This document shows positions 1 through 8,865 of a stretch of 41,598 bases of DNA, piece by piece; position 1 is the first letter of the stretch, and every line of letters begins with the position of its first letter. Position numbers and translations under genes: made by a program. The notes beneath the pieces were generated by a model, which saw nothing but the letters and a program-made list of their open reading frames with translations, did not search any database and was not told the DNA's origin. The stretch is from NCBI GenBank assembly GCA_048938105.1, contig JBHLMN010000021.1, positions 1 through 41,598 of the forward strand, given 5' to 3'. This stretch comes from Promethearchaeota archaeon. GTDB taxonomy: Archaea; Asgardarchaeota; Heimdallarchaeia; Hodarchaeales; Hodarchaeaceae.

Positions 1-1
1 A

Positions 2-706
2 TATTACATTTCTTGTTTTAATGTAAGAAATGCCTAAGACAAATCCTAAAATGATAACTGAGGAGATATGAAGAACAGTTCCAGTTATATTCCCATTGAG
101 TAAATCAGATGGGACGTGTAAAAACGTAAAGAATAATGAGGATGCTATTAAAGCACCAATGGATGGCATTCCTCGCTGTTCCAACAAGGGGATTAATATT
201 CTTCTATATACCAATTCTTCAAATAATGGCGCTCCAATAACCAAAGGAGCAAATAAAATAATGATAGTTACAGGAGAAAGAATTTCTTCAGATATGATTA
301 GTGCTTCTAATCCTGTTCTTGGAGGCTCTAATTGCAAAGATTCTATTGGTATCACTATTAAAATTGTCTTTATAATGATTAAAACCCATGTTAAACAGAT
401 CAACAATAAAGTAGAAAAAAATGTGTTCCAATTGAGAGGAGATTGCCTCTCATCCCTTAATTTTAACCAGGGAATAAGCCAAAATACAATAATTAAAGAG
501 CTTAAAATCTGACTTAGAAATAGTAGTATAAGATTCCAAACTGGTTCATAAAGTGGGTTACCAAAATCAGGTAACCTCATAAGTATTCCTACTAAAAATA
601 TTGATATAAAAACTTGTAATACCGTCAGAAGGAGTGCTGCACTAAAAGATAATAAAGCAGGGGTTAAAAAAGTCAAAAATTTGTCATTATTCTCATCAAT
701 GGTCAA
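2..706 (-). CDS. CPBP (CAAX/Abi-family) intramembrane glutamic endopeptidase, 3'-partial (runs off the window start)
   Basis: Not in the ORF track. Manual translation of the - strand from TTG at 706 gives an open frame MTIDENNDKF...APLFEELVYRR...SLFFTFLHVP...GISYIKTRNVI with many TM segments and the CPBP motifs EExxxR and FxxxH. Confidence 0.9.
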   Translation of the reverse strand, partial: MTIDENNDKFLTFLTPALLSFSAALLLTVLQVFISIFLVGILMRLPDFGNPLYEPVWNLILLFLSQILSSLIIVFWLIPWLKLRDERQSPLNWNTFFSTLLLICLTWVLIIIKTILIVIPIESLQLEPPRTGLEALIISEEILSPVTIIILFAPLVIGAPLFEELVYRRILIPLLEQRGMPSIGALIASSLFFTFLHVPSDLLNGNITGTVLHISSVIILGFVLGISYIKTRNVI

Positions 707-941
707 TGAATCACTTCATGTTAAAATTAAGAAAAGAGATTTTTTGTATAATTTTTCTCAATAACCTTTTTTTCTTCAAATCAAAGGAATGTCTAAGGGA
801 AAGATTCTTAGATATTTAAAGCTGATGAAGCCAGAATCTTCCGCATTCCAAGAATATATTAGGAAAATATTATTTCTATAGAAAAGCCAGGAAAAACCTA
901 GGATTCTATAACGGATGTGTTATTCATATCGGTGAAATTTA

Positions 942-1517
942 TTGAATCAATCGCAATATCCCTCACCTGAAAAACAAATCATTTTACCTAAACATGATAC
1001 CTATTTCTATCGTTTAATGCATCATAAGGGCAAGGAACTCCCACGATCCTATAAATGGTTTAAACGATTAAATAGAATAGTAGTTCCTCTCTATAGACTA
1101 CGTATTTTACCACTATTTGGTATTGGGTGGTTTATTTTGATGATAACGACAATTGGTCGCCGTACAGGTAAAACTTATCGGACCCCAGTAGAATTTCACA
1201 GAATAAATGGTGTAATCCACATTACCGCTGGACGGGGCGAGACGACAGACTGGGTTAGAAATATTCGTGCAAATCCTGAAAATGTACAGGTGCAGGTCGG
1301 TTTCCGTTGTTTTCAACCAAGAATAGAAATCATTGATAATATTTCAGAAAAAGAAAAATTCATTGAATGGATGATAAAAAATCTCCCACGAGAAGCTGAA
1401 ATGGGTTTTGGTTGGAATCGCAAGAAAGATGATCTTAAGTGTACTGATTTGACACCACTAGCTAATTTCTTAACAATTATCAGATTACATAAACCTTCCC
1501 AAGAGAATTCAAGTTAA
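942..1517 (+). CDS. Deazaflavin (F420)-dependent nitroreductase/oxidoreductase family protein (DDN-like)
   Basis: Family motifs TTIGRRTGKTYRTPV and DWVRNIRANPENVQVQVG; GGTGA RBS upstream of the TTG. Confidence 0.85.
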   Translation: MNQSQYPSPEKQIILPKHDTYFYRLMHHKGKELPRSYKWFKRLNRIVVPLYRLRILPLFGIGWFILMITTIGRRTGKTYRTPVEFHRINGVIHITAGRGETTDWVRNIRANPENVQVQVGFRCFQPRIEIIDNISEKEKFIEWMIKNLPREAEMGFGWNRKKDDLKCTDLTPLANFLTIIRLHKPSQENSS

Positions 1518-1617
1518 TATTTAGCAGTAATTGAATCACATTAACGCAAAATAATACCAATCATTTTTATTTTTGTGGATTTTATGGAATACACTTCAGC
1601 TTGAGAAGGCGAAATAT

Positions 1618-3534
1618 ATGAAAATTAATCAGTTAGTTGAAATTCTGACCAATGATATCTCTAGCCAATCAGTAATGAACATGGTTTCTAGGATTTCACA
1701 GTATCATCGAATTCAGGGTTCTAGTGGATATTTTGAGGCAGCCAAATACATACAATCTGTCTTAAATAAAAATGGATTAGAAACAAGGTTATATGAATTT
1801 CCTGCAAATGGTTCTTGGGAACATTGGGGTTGGATTGCTCCTATTTCTTGGAATATCACCTCTGGAGAATGTTGGATAACCAAACCTGTCAAAAAACGAC
1901 TTTGCAATTATCAAAATGTTCCAATGAGTGTTATTACTCATTCTAATCCCTGTGATTTTGAAGCATCTCTAGTCGACGCAGGAAAAGGAGATCAGGTAGG
2001 AGATTATGAAAAAGCTAAAGACAAAATTGCTTTAATTACTGGAAGTCCAAGAAAGATTTTTCATTTAGCTGCTGAACACGGAGTAAAAGGATTAATTTTA
2101 CACCCAAATGAGGAGAGAGCAGCTAATCTTATGCTAAATACTGTTCAATACGACGGTTTTTGGCCAATTGCTGAAAATTTATCAAAGGTAACTTCTGGTT
2201 TTTCCATTTCCAACAAACAAGCTCTAGAACTAAAAAAATACCTAGAGGTTAATGAAGAGGTTTTAGTTCGTTTTAAAATTAATGCAGGTTTTTCAATTAA
2301 TAATGGAAAGCTTCATGTACTTGAAGCGATAATTAAAGGATCAAAAAAACCTCTGGAAGAAATAATCCTAATAAGTCATCTTTGTCATCCTTCTGCAGGT
2401 GCGAATGACAATGCATCTGGTAGTGCATCCCTTGCTGAATTAATTTTAAGTCTTAATAGAATGATTATCAAAGGTGAGCTACCCCAGCCAGAAAAGACAT
2501 TAAAATTTCTTTGGGTACCTGAATTTTCAGGAACTATTCCATGGTTGAAGCTTTACGACGACCAACGTAATCAAAGAAAAATTATTTCAGTTTTTAATCT
2601 TGATATGGTTGGTGAATCTCCTAGGAAGATTGGAACACCTTTAACCATTAATTGCCCAAGCTGTGCTACCCCTTCATATCTTAAAGCGCTTCTTAATAAT
2701 GCAGCTAAATGTACATCAGAGAAAATGACTGTTTCTTATGAAGATGGGAGAATATTCAGATTAAACTATCGATTAAACCCTTTTGCTGGAGGAAGTGATC
2801 ATCTAATTTTTAATGATAGACATTTTTCTATACCAAGTGTAATGTTGGGCCATGAGGATCCTTTTCATCATTCTAGTGCGGATTCTATTGATAAGGTAGA
2901 TCCTTATGAGTGTAAAAGCGCAGCGATAATAGCTGGATCTGCTGCTTTTAGTTTATCTGTTATAGATAACCAATTCCTGAAGGAATTAGCATATTTTGTA
3001 TTTTTGGAGGGAGTAGAAGATATGTTACGACATGAATTATATTTAGACCAGGGAGGATTACCAAAAAGCCAGCAAGGAAAACAGCGTATACTATTAGAAA
3101 AATCAATCATTGAGCGAATGGAAAGTATTCTAGAACTCAATCCTGAAGCTGAGATCCAAGAAAATATAACCTATTTTTTACAAACAATTAAAAATCATTT
3201 TTCTCGTATGGCTAAAGAGTTAAAGATTGATTCAGAGGAAGTAACAGAAGAAAAATTAACTAAAATGAAGATTAAGCGTAATTATTTGGGACCAATATCA
3301 TATAAACAACTAGATAGAACTGATCGTTCTAAAGAGGAAAAAAAAGCATTTGAAAGTTTAACCAAAGAATATTGGGGAGGTATAGTTCTAGAATTACTAA
3401 ATTTAGCAGATGGTATTTTAACAATTGAAGAGATCTTCCTTTTACTCAACATTTATTACCCAAATGTTGAATTTAATGATGTATTATCCATCGTTAAACT
3501 GTTTCAGAAGGAAAAAATTCTTATTAAAGTATAA
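1618..3534 (+). CDS. DUF4910 / M28-family aminopeptidase-like protein with PA-like insert and C-terminal wHTH-like region
   Basis: Motifs HLCHPSAGANDNASG, WVPEFSG, NLDMVG, GGSDH, HHSSAD. ATG 1618 (MKINQ) preferred over the TTG at 1573. Confidence 0.85.
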   Translation: MKINQLVEILTNDISSQSVMNMVSRISQYHRIQGSSGYFEAAKYIQSVLNKNGLETRLYEFPANGSWEHWGWIAPISWNITSGECWITKPVKKRLCNYQNVPMSVITHSNPCDFEASLVDAGKGDQVGDYEKAKDKIALITGSPRKIFHLAAEHGVKGLILHPNEERAANLMLNTVQYDGFWPIAENLSKVTSGFSISNKQALELKKYLEVNEEVLVRFKINAGFSINNGKLHVLEAIIKGSKKPLEEIILISHLCHPSAGANDNASGSASLAELILSLNRMIIKGELPQPEKTLKFLWVPEFSGTIPWLKLYDDQRNQRKIISVFNLDMVGESPRKIGTPLTINCPSCATPSYLKALLNNAAKCTSEKMTVSYEDGRIFRLNYRLNPFAGGSDHLIFNDRHFSIPSVMLGHEDPFHHSSADSIDKVDPYECKSAAIIAGSAAFSLSVIDNQFLKELAYFVFLEGVEDMLRHELYLDQGGLPKSQQGKQRILLEKSIIERMESILELNPEAEIQENITYFLQTIKNHFSRMAKELKIDSEEVTEEKLTKMKIKRNYLGPISYKQLDRTDRSKEEKKAFESLTKEYWGGIVLELLNLADGILTIEEIFLLLNIYYPNVEFNDVLSIVKLFQKEKILIKV

Positions 3535-3694
3535 GAAGGAATTTTTAGTTTAAAATCTCTTTTTGATATTAATAAAAAAGATCACTAAAGATAGTTTACA
3601 ATTGAAAACAATTTGAAATAGTTAAAAAATAAGTATTGTATCAATAAATATCATCATCACATTTATTTAACTATTAGGAATAGGAACTATATAG

Positions 3695-4501
3695 ATGGTA
3701 ACTATAGAACAAATGCTTTGGGGCTTATTTCTGTCCCTATTTGCTGGTCTTTCTACAACACTTGGAGCTATTACAGTCTTTATTATAGATCCAAATGATT
3801 CAAAGATTATTAGCTTGAGTATGGGATTCTCTGCTGGGGTTATGCTAGGAGTATCTATATTTGAGTTACTTCCTGAAGCAATAATTAATTTAGAAATTTT
3901 AGCTGCTGGTGTCTTCTTTTTATTAGGAATGGTTGCTGTGGCGCTCCTAGACTATTTTATCCCACATGAATATATGCATGAACGTTCATGCAGTGATACT
4001 AATGACTTACTGACAAGTAATACAAGAAATCCACGTCTACTAAGAACAGGCTTATTAGTAGCGATTGGAATAGGAATTCATAATTTACCTGAAGGTTTTG
4101 TAACAATCACGGGCAGTCTTTATTCCATTGAATTAGGACTTATTTTAGCTATTGCCATTGCTTTACATAATATCCCTGAAGGTCTTTCTGCTGCAATTCC
4201 AATATATGCTGCCTCTGGCAACAGAAGAAAAGCTTTTGGGATATCTTTTCTTTCAGGTTTAGCTGAACCTGTTGGAGCTATCATTGGGTTAATAGGTCTT
4301 TTAAGCTTAGGAATGGTTAATGAAGAGATCGTAGTGATATCTCTAGCTGTTGTAGCTGGGATAATGACTTTTATTTCTCTTGATGAACTATTACCTATTG
4401 CTCATGAAACATGTAACGACAATGGTAATGGTACTCATATTGTTACAGCAGGTATCTTAGCGGGTATGGCTGTTATGCTAGCTACTTTGATTATATTATA
4501 A
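3695..4501 (+). CDS. zupT: ZIP-family zinc/divalent metal transporter ZupT
   Basis: Motifs GFSAGVML, GIHNLPEG, ALHNIPEG, SGLAEPVGA, ISLDELLP; His-containing loop PHEYMHE; about 8 TM segments. Confidence 0.92.
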   Translation: MVTIEQMLWGLFLSLFAGLSTTLGAITVFIIDPNDSKIISLSMGFSAGVMLGVSIFELLPEAIINLEILAAGVFFLLGMVAVALLDYFIPHEYMHERSCSDTNDLLTSNTRNPRLLRTGLLVAIGIGIHNLPEGFVTITGSLYSIELGLILAIAIALHNIPEGLSAAIPIYAASGNRRKAFGISFLSGLAEPVGAIIGLIGLLSLGMVNEEIVVISLAVVAGIMTFISLDELLPIAHETCNDNGNGTHIVTAGILAGMAVMLATLIIL

Positions 4502-4675
4502 AATTCTGAATACTATATTCTTCCAGATAGATTTTTTTACTATAGATTTATTAGTTTTGACCACACTCCAAGTTAAGCCTTTTTTTTCAGGTTGACAGTT
4601 GGCTTATTTTTAAATGAAAAATATGAATTGTTATAAAGGAAAAATACTAGAGCAATATATGATTGTGAGAAGAGT

Positions 4676-5191
4676 ATGACAATCAAATCCCTCCAAGAGA
4701 TACTAAGAGACATCCTAAAAGACGGTCGAAAATCCCCTGGAGAATGGAAGACACTTCTCGCTCCTACTTCTGATCGTTTTGGTTCGGATTTATTGCTTTT
4801 TCATCCTACTACAGGACCGATTTATCAAGTTCGAGCTTATGAGAAGAATCCTTTCCAAATGACGGGGATGGGAACCCGAATAGCCCGTGACGTTGATGAA
4901 GATTTCTTAAACCTTATTAAAGCTCAAAAGACTCGGGGTAATTTAGGAATTCTCGATCTCAATTATCGAATCATACGAGAGGTTATTAATGAAGGTGTAA
5001 AATTGGATCAACTCTTCTTAAACGCCCTTAAAGGTACTAAGGATCAAGGAATAGAATTTGTTAATCTTGGAGACGCTTTTCGATCAAGAGGTCAAAGGCC
5101 TCTCCCTTTACTCACAGATAGCCAAAAGAAATTAGATAAGGAATATAAACGTCTCCTTAAGAGAGAAGGGAAAACCTCCATGTATGGTTAA
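4676..5191 (+). CDS. Conserved archaeal hypothetical protein
   Basis: 171-aa ORF. The HP..G.YQ...Y.KNPF...G.G...AR pattern recalls uncharacterised archaeal proteins (from memory, not searched). Confidence 0.75.
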   Translation: MTIKSLQEILRDILKDGRKSPGEWKTLLAPTSDRFGSDLLLFHPTTGPIYQVRAYEKNPFQMTGMGTRIARDVDEDFLNLIKAQKTRGNLGILDLNYRIIREVINEGVKLDQLFLNALKGTKDQGIEFVNLGDAFRSRGQRPLPLLTDSQKKLDKEYKRLLKREGKTSMYG

Positions 5192-5398
5192 TGAGTAATT
5201 CGCCTATTGACGAATTTATTGTACTTTCTCCCTCTCTTAAGATGATAATTAACGAGTTTAAAAAAACTATTTCTGATATTATTTGGTATTTACATACCAA
5301 TCATCCACAGGGTGGGTCTTGTCACACCATGGTTGATTGGTGCCATCCTTTAAGTGTGATTTCATAATTCAAAAGAAATATGAAGTTGTACTCAAAAA

Positions 5399-5734
5399 TT
5401 ATGCCCGAAAAAGATTTCTTATTTCTATCAAAGTGATAGCATGCACATTGTAAGCAAGATCATCAAGCAATTTCCCAAAAATGGGGAGAATTTCAGCTGA
5501 CACTTTGATGGATATTCGGCCAACAAGACCGACTATATTAGGCACCACTATTTTAAGAGTATCATTATATTCCACGGTTTCCAGAAAATCAGGGAGAATT
5601 AAATGAATTAATTTTGGATTATTACTAACAATCTCTCCAATAATCATGATAAGGTTTAATGCTGTTTACGGTGAGTGGAGTGTCTCTTTGAGCTCATTAA
5701 TATAGGGATTTATGATTGCACTAATTATAATGCA
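5399..5734 (-). pseudogene. Possible degraded HEAT/ARM-repeat gene fragment
   Basis: The 82-aa ORF reads like amphipathic HEAT helices (IGEIVSNNPKLIHLILPDFLE; VGLVGRISIKVSAEILPIFGKLLDD). The frame continues upstream through a TAA at 5666-5668 (INPYINELKETLHSP*TALNLIM). Confidence 0.4.
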
Positions 5735-6014
5735 TTAGCTTTTTGTAAAGATTTTTGAAGGAATTTAAACTATTCTTTTAAGTATCATTTGATTTATTCC
5801 AAGTATTTTTTAAGTAGAAAGTCTTTTAAATCGCTCGGAGGGCTAGTATTAGACTTTCAAATAATAAATACTTGATAACAGTATTTCTTCTTGCAAAGTC
5901 AATTATAAAAGGCTAGAGATTAAACTTGATTTTTTAGAATTAAAGGTGCAGAATATAACTAAATAGCTTTTAAATCTTCTTAACTCAAAAGTACAAAAAT
6001 AGGAAGAAACAACC

Positions 6015-7304
6015 ATGAAAAAAAAGGTTAAATTTTGTGTATTTCTGACGCTTAGCGTCATGATCTTGATTTCTGGTATTTCCCCCGTCGTCGCATGCAT
6101 ACCGAGAGGTACTTATGTCATCGATGATGATCCCGATGATGGCAAGAATATAACTGACTATCTTTGGTCATCAAATGGAAGAAAAATAGCGTATCTAATG
6201 TGTCCAGACGACAACGCCCTACTTTATAGCGCATGCGAACTCTGGGTTGCAGATTGGAAATGTGGAAGACTCTGGAATAAGAAACTGATATATACTGGAG
6301 TCGAGTGGGCTGGTTTAGAGGACTGGCAGGGTGATTGGATTCTCTTCTTGATGCGACATGAAGTGAAACCTAGTGACTACAATAGCACTCACGCGACGAG
6401 AGAACTCTGGAAAATAAGGGATGATGGAACTGATCTTACTCAGGTTACATTTACCAATACTAATGGCATAAGAACAACATGGTCGAATCTTGCATACAAA
6501 AATATGGGTACGGCGAGTAACGGACGATTTATTCCAGGAACCGACCTAATTGTTTTCTCCGCGCATAACGGTAATGGATGGTACAGGTTATTTGTTTGCA
6601 ACGCAGATGGTACCGATGACTGGTATCGTGTTAGTAATGAATATTCATTTTTGTGGAGCATGTCACCGACCGGAAACAAGCTTGTATGGGGTCATGCTGG
6701 CTACTGGAATTACCCAACTACTCTGTATTCAAGCGATGTGAATGGATCAAATAAAATACTAGTCAAAAGTTCAAATTTGTATCGTCTAGCCCCTTATATA
6801 TTAGCTGATGGGAATACACTCATCTTTAGATATTCAGCAGCTGCAGATTGGGCAGGGTACCCTCCAGTGCCAGCTACATTAGAGGGGAATATTTATGCGA
6901 TTAATTTGGACGGAAGCAATGAAAGGACGATTCTTGATGATGACTACTTGAACTATTATGAGAACTACAATCCTATTGATGAGGAAGCGCTCTTAATGAG
7001 TAGTAATCGTAGTAAAGATGGGAATATGCACATTTACACGTTAAATGTAGATGGTACTGGCATTGTTCAGCTAACAAAAGGCCCATATAACGATGAAACC
7101 GCAATTTATTCCCCTACAGGACAATATATTATGTACAGGAGATTACCTGAGGATTACGTTAAAGATCGTACCAACCTGCCATATCCGTATGATCTGGTCA
7201 TTGTAAAAGTTTGGCATTGGTACAGGCACCATTACCCCTATTGGTCCCATTGGTGCTGTCATTGTTACACAAGACATCACAATAAGATGTGTAACAGATT
7301 TTGA
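6015..7304 (+). CDS. Secreted or lipoprotein TolB-like (PD40) beta-propeller protein
   Basis: Basic N-terminus, hydrophobic core and lipobox-like VVAC; repeated WSSNGRKIAY / MSPTGNKLVW / YSPTGQYIMY and DGT...Q(L/V)T motifs. Confidence 0.85.
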   Translation: MKKKVKFCVFLTLSVMILISGISPVVACIPRGTYVIDDDPDDGKNITDYLWSSNGRKIAYLMCPDDNALLYSACELWVADWKCGRLWNKKLIYTGVEWAGLEDWQGDWILFLMRHEVKPSDYNSTHATRELWKIRDDGTDLTQVTFTNTNGIRTTWSNLAYKNMGTASNGRFIPGTDLIVFSAHNGNGWYRLFVCNADGTDDWYRVSNEYSFLWSMSPTGNKLVWGHAGYWNYPTTLYSSDVNGSNKILVKSSNLYRLAPYILADGNTLIFRYSAAADWAGYPPVPATLEGNIYAINLDGSNERTILDDDYLNYYENYNPIDEEALLMSSNRSKDGNMHIYTLNVDGTGIVQLTKGPYNDETAIYSPTGQYIMYRRLPEDYVKDRTNLPYPYDLVIVKVWHWYRHHYPYWSHWCCHCYTRHHNKMCNRF

Positions 7305-7377
7305 AAAAGATATTAAATCCAGATTCAGACTTTCTCCAACTTTCGAATTGGCTTGAGATGAATCTTATAATAAAAGC

Positions 7378-7446
7378 AAGATAGGAAATATCATAACTTG
7401 ATATTCCCTATCTTCTTTCCACTTTTTTTACAAAAAAAGTAGGAAT
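7378..7446 (+). terminator. Strong inverted repeat plus T-tract downstream of the TolB-like gene
   Basis: AAGATAGGAAATATCA-TAACT-TGATATTCCCTATCTT (16-bp stem, 1 mismatch) followed by CTTTCCACTTTTTTT. Confidence 0.55.
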
Positions 7447-7760
7447 TAATTGACTGATTTCAGAATTCATAACTTGTCAATATTTTTGGTACAGTTCTTA
7501 ATAAAGAATAGTTCCCATTCTCTTTTAATATAGTTAATAATTCTTTTTTGGTATGAAATAGCCTTATCGATGGTTATCCTGATTTATTTATAGTCTTCAT
7601 TTATCAGGTTTTCATCACGAGGTTTATGTTTTAACGCTGACGTGGCATGATCTTCAAGACTTCTCCTAATACCATAGATCATGGAGTCTGAGCTGAGTGG
7701 ATAAATGTAGTAGCTCATCTTTTAAATCTAGAGATGATATATTTTTTTTTCAAAACTAAA

Positions 7761-7853
7761 TTGGTCTTAAGAGGCAACCTATTCAAATGTCAGTCACCAT
7801 CAACCTTTCGGACAAATAGGGGTGGTATCTACGGTGTTTCTCTTATAGATCGA
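7761..7853 (-). ncRNA. Candidate structured small RNA with a K-turn (C/D-like) hairpin
   Basis: The - strand reads ...UAAGAG...CCUAUU UGUC CGAAAG GUU GAUG GUGA CUGA CAUUUG AAUAGG UUGC CUCUUA: nested stems, a 3-nt bulge, tandem G.A pairs and a GNRA loop. Locally GC-richer than its flanks. Confidence 0.4.
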
Positions 7854-7907
7854 AAAGTATTCAAATATTTGGAATACCCCCTAGCACTTTGAGAATAGTG
7901 GTCAAAA

Positions 7908-8693
7908 ATGTCGTGGTATGACGAATACAACAATTTACTTGATGATTTTACTAGTACCGTTGAAGACGAGCTTCTTCAATATGTTCGAGGGCTAATTCTC
8001 TATGGATCTTATAAAAAAGAACAGGAAGAACCAGGTTGGATTATTCCTGGCATTAGTGATATCGATTTAGTGTTGATAGTAGACATTGATGACATTAATG
8101 AGGAAAAACCACCACGAAGACTAGCCAAAATAGGTGAAGCGTTATCTCTTTTCTTCGTTCATCCTGTGTATGCTCCTCTTCTTGACTTACGACTTTTAGA
8201 GTTTACCGATTTACCTGCTAGGATTGGTATGGGTTTTTCACCTATTCATGCTGTAGCTGCTGCTCAATTTGGAGAAGTCATTCTTGGAAAAAATGTACTA
8301 GAGAATTTTACTTATAGTGAGAAACTATTGAATAGATCTGCTAAGATCATTATTAATCAAGGTTATGAAAGCATTAAAAGAGGTTATTTACATCGAGAAC
8401 TAGGAGAACAACCAACCTGTCTAGAATTCGCTGATATCATCTTAGACATTGCTCACGCAGCCTTAGCTGCAAATGGAATATTTAATATAGTAAGACCAGA
8501 AGTTCCTGAAAAGTTCGATCTTATTTTGGGAGACGAAATTGGTAGTGATGGAGTGGATATTGTTTATGAGGCAAAAAAGTGGCGTATGGGTAGTCAGAAA
8601 ATGAAACCTCAAATGTTTCTAAGAGGATCGCTCCAACTTTCTCAACGTACAATGACCTATATTCGTAACCCTTTTAATAAAACAAACCATTAA
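7908..8693 (+). CDS. Pol-beta superfamily nucleotidyltransferase-domain protein with a helical (HEPN-like) C-terminus
   Basis: LILYGSY...SDIDLVLIV (GS and DxD motifs), a third Asp in LDLRLL; C-terminal LDIAHAALAANG helix. Confidence 0.7.
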   Translation: MSWYDEYNNLLDDFTSTVEDELLQYVRGLILYGSYKKEQEEPGWIIPGISDIDLVLIVDIDDINEEKPPRRLAKIGEALSLFFVHPVYAPLLDLRLLEFTDLPARIGMGFSPIHAVAAAQFGEVILGKNVLENFTYSEKLLNRSAKIIINQGYESIKRGYLHRELGEQPTCLEFADIILDIAHAALAANGIFNIVRPEVPEKFDLILGDEIGSDGVDIVYEAKKWRMGSQKMKPQMFLRGSLQLSQRTMTYIRNPFNKTNH

Positions 8694-8865
8694 AAGTATT
8701 GAATTATTATTTTTGATTGGAAAATAATGTAGAGAGAGAGAATCATATATATAGTGAAGAATGTTTGAAGAAACACTGTAGAAGAATGGATTAAATGAAT
8801 TACAATTTTAAAAAGCCTGATTTAAAGATAATCTGAGCAATGATTCAACGATTTTGTGACCTACT

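Noticed and set aside
96-512. 138-aa + strand ORF
   Set aside because: Antisense shadow of the CPBP protease on the - strand, which carries the family motifs.
3598-3625. Metal-regulator box upstream of zupT (TTGAAA-N5-TTGAAA)
   Set aside because: Too short and AT-rich to separate from background.
7465-7740. Possible - strand gene relic (MIYGIRRSLEDH...EDYK*IRITIDK...)
   Set aside because: Coding-like but broken, with no family I can recognise; not supportable without a search.
7761-7853. Assignment of the RNA element to a known riboswitch (THF, TPP, fluoride, c-di-GMP) controlling the ECF genes
   Set aside because: Consensus cores are absent, a likely promoter lies between it and the next gene, and the K-turn/GNRA features favour the opposite strand.
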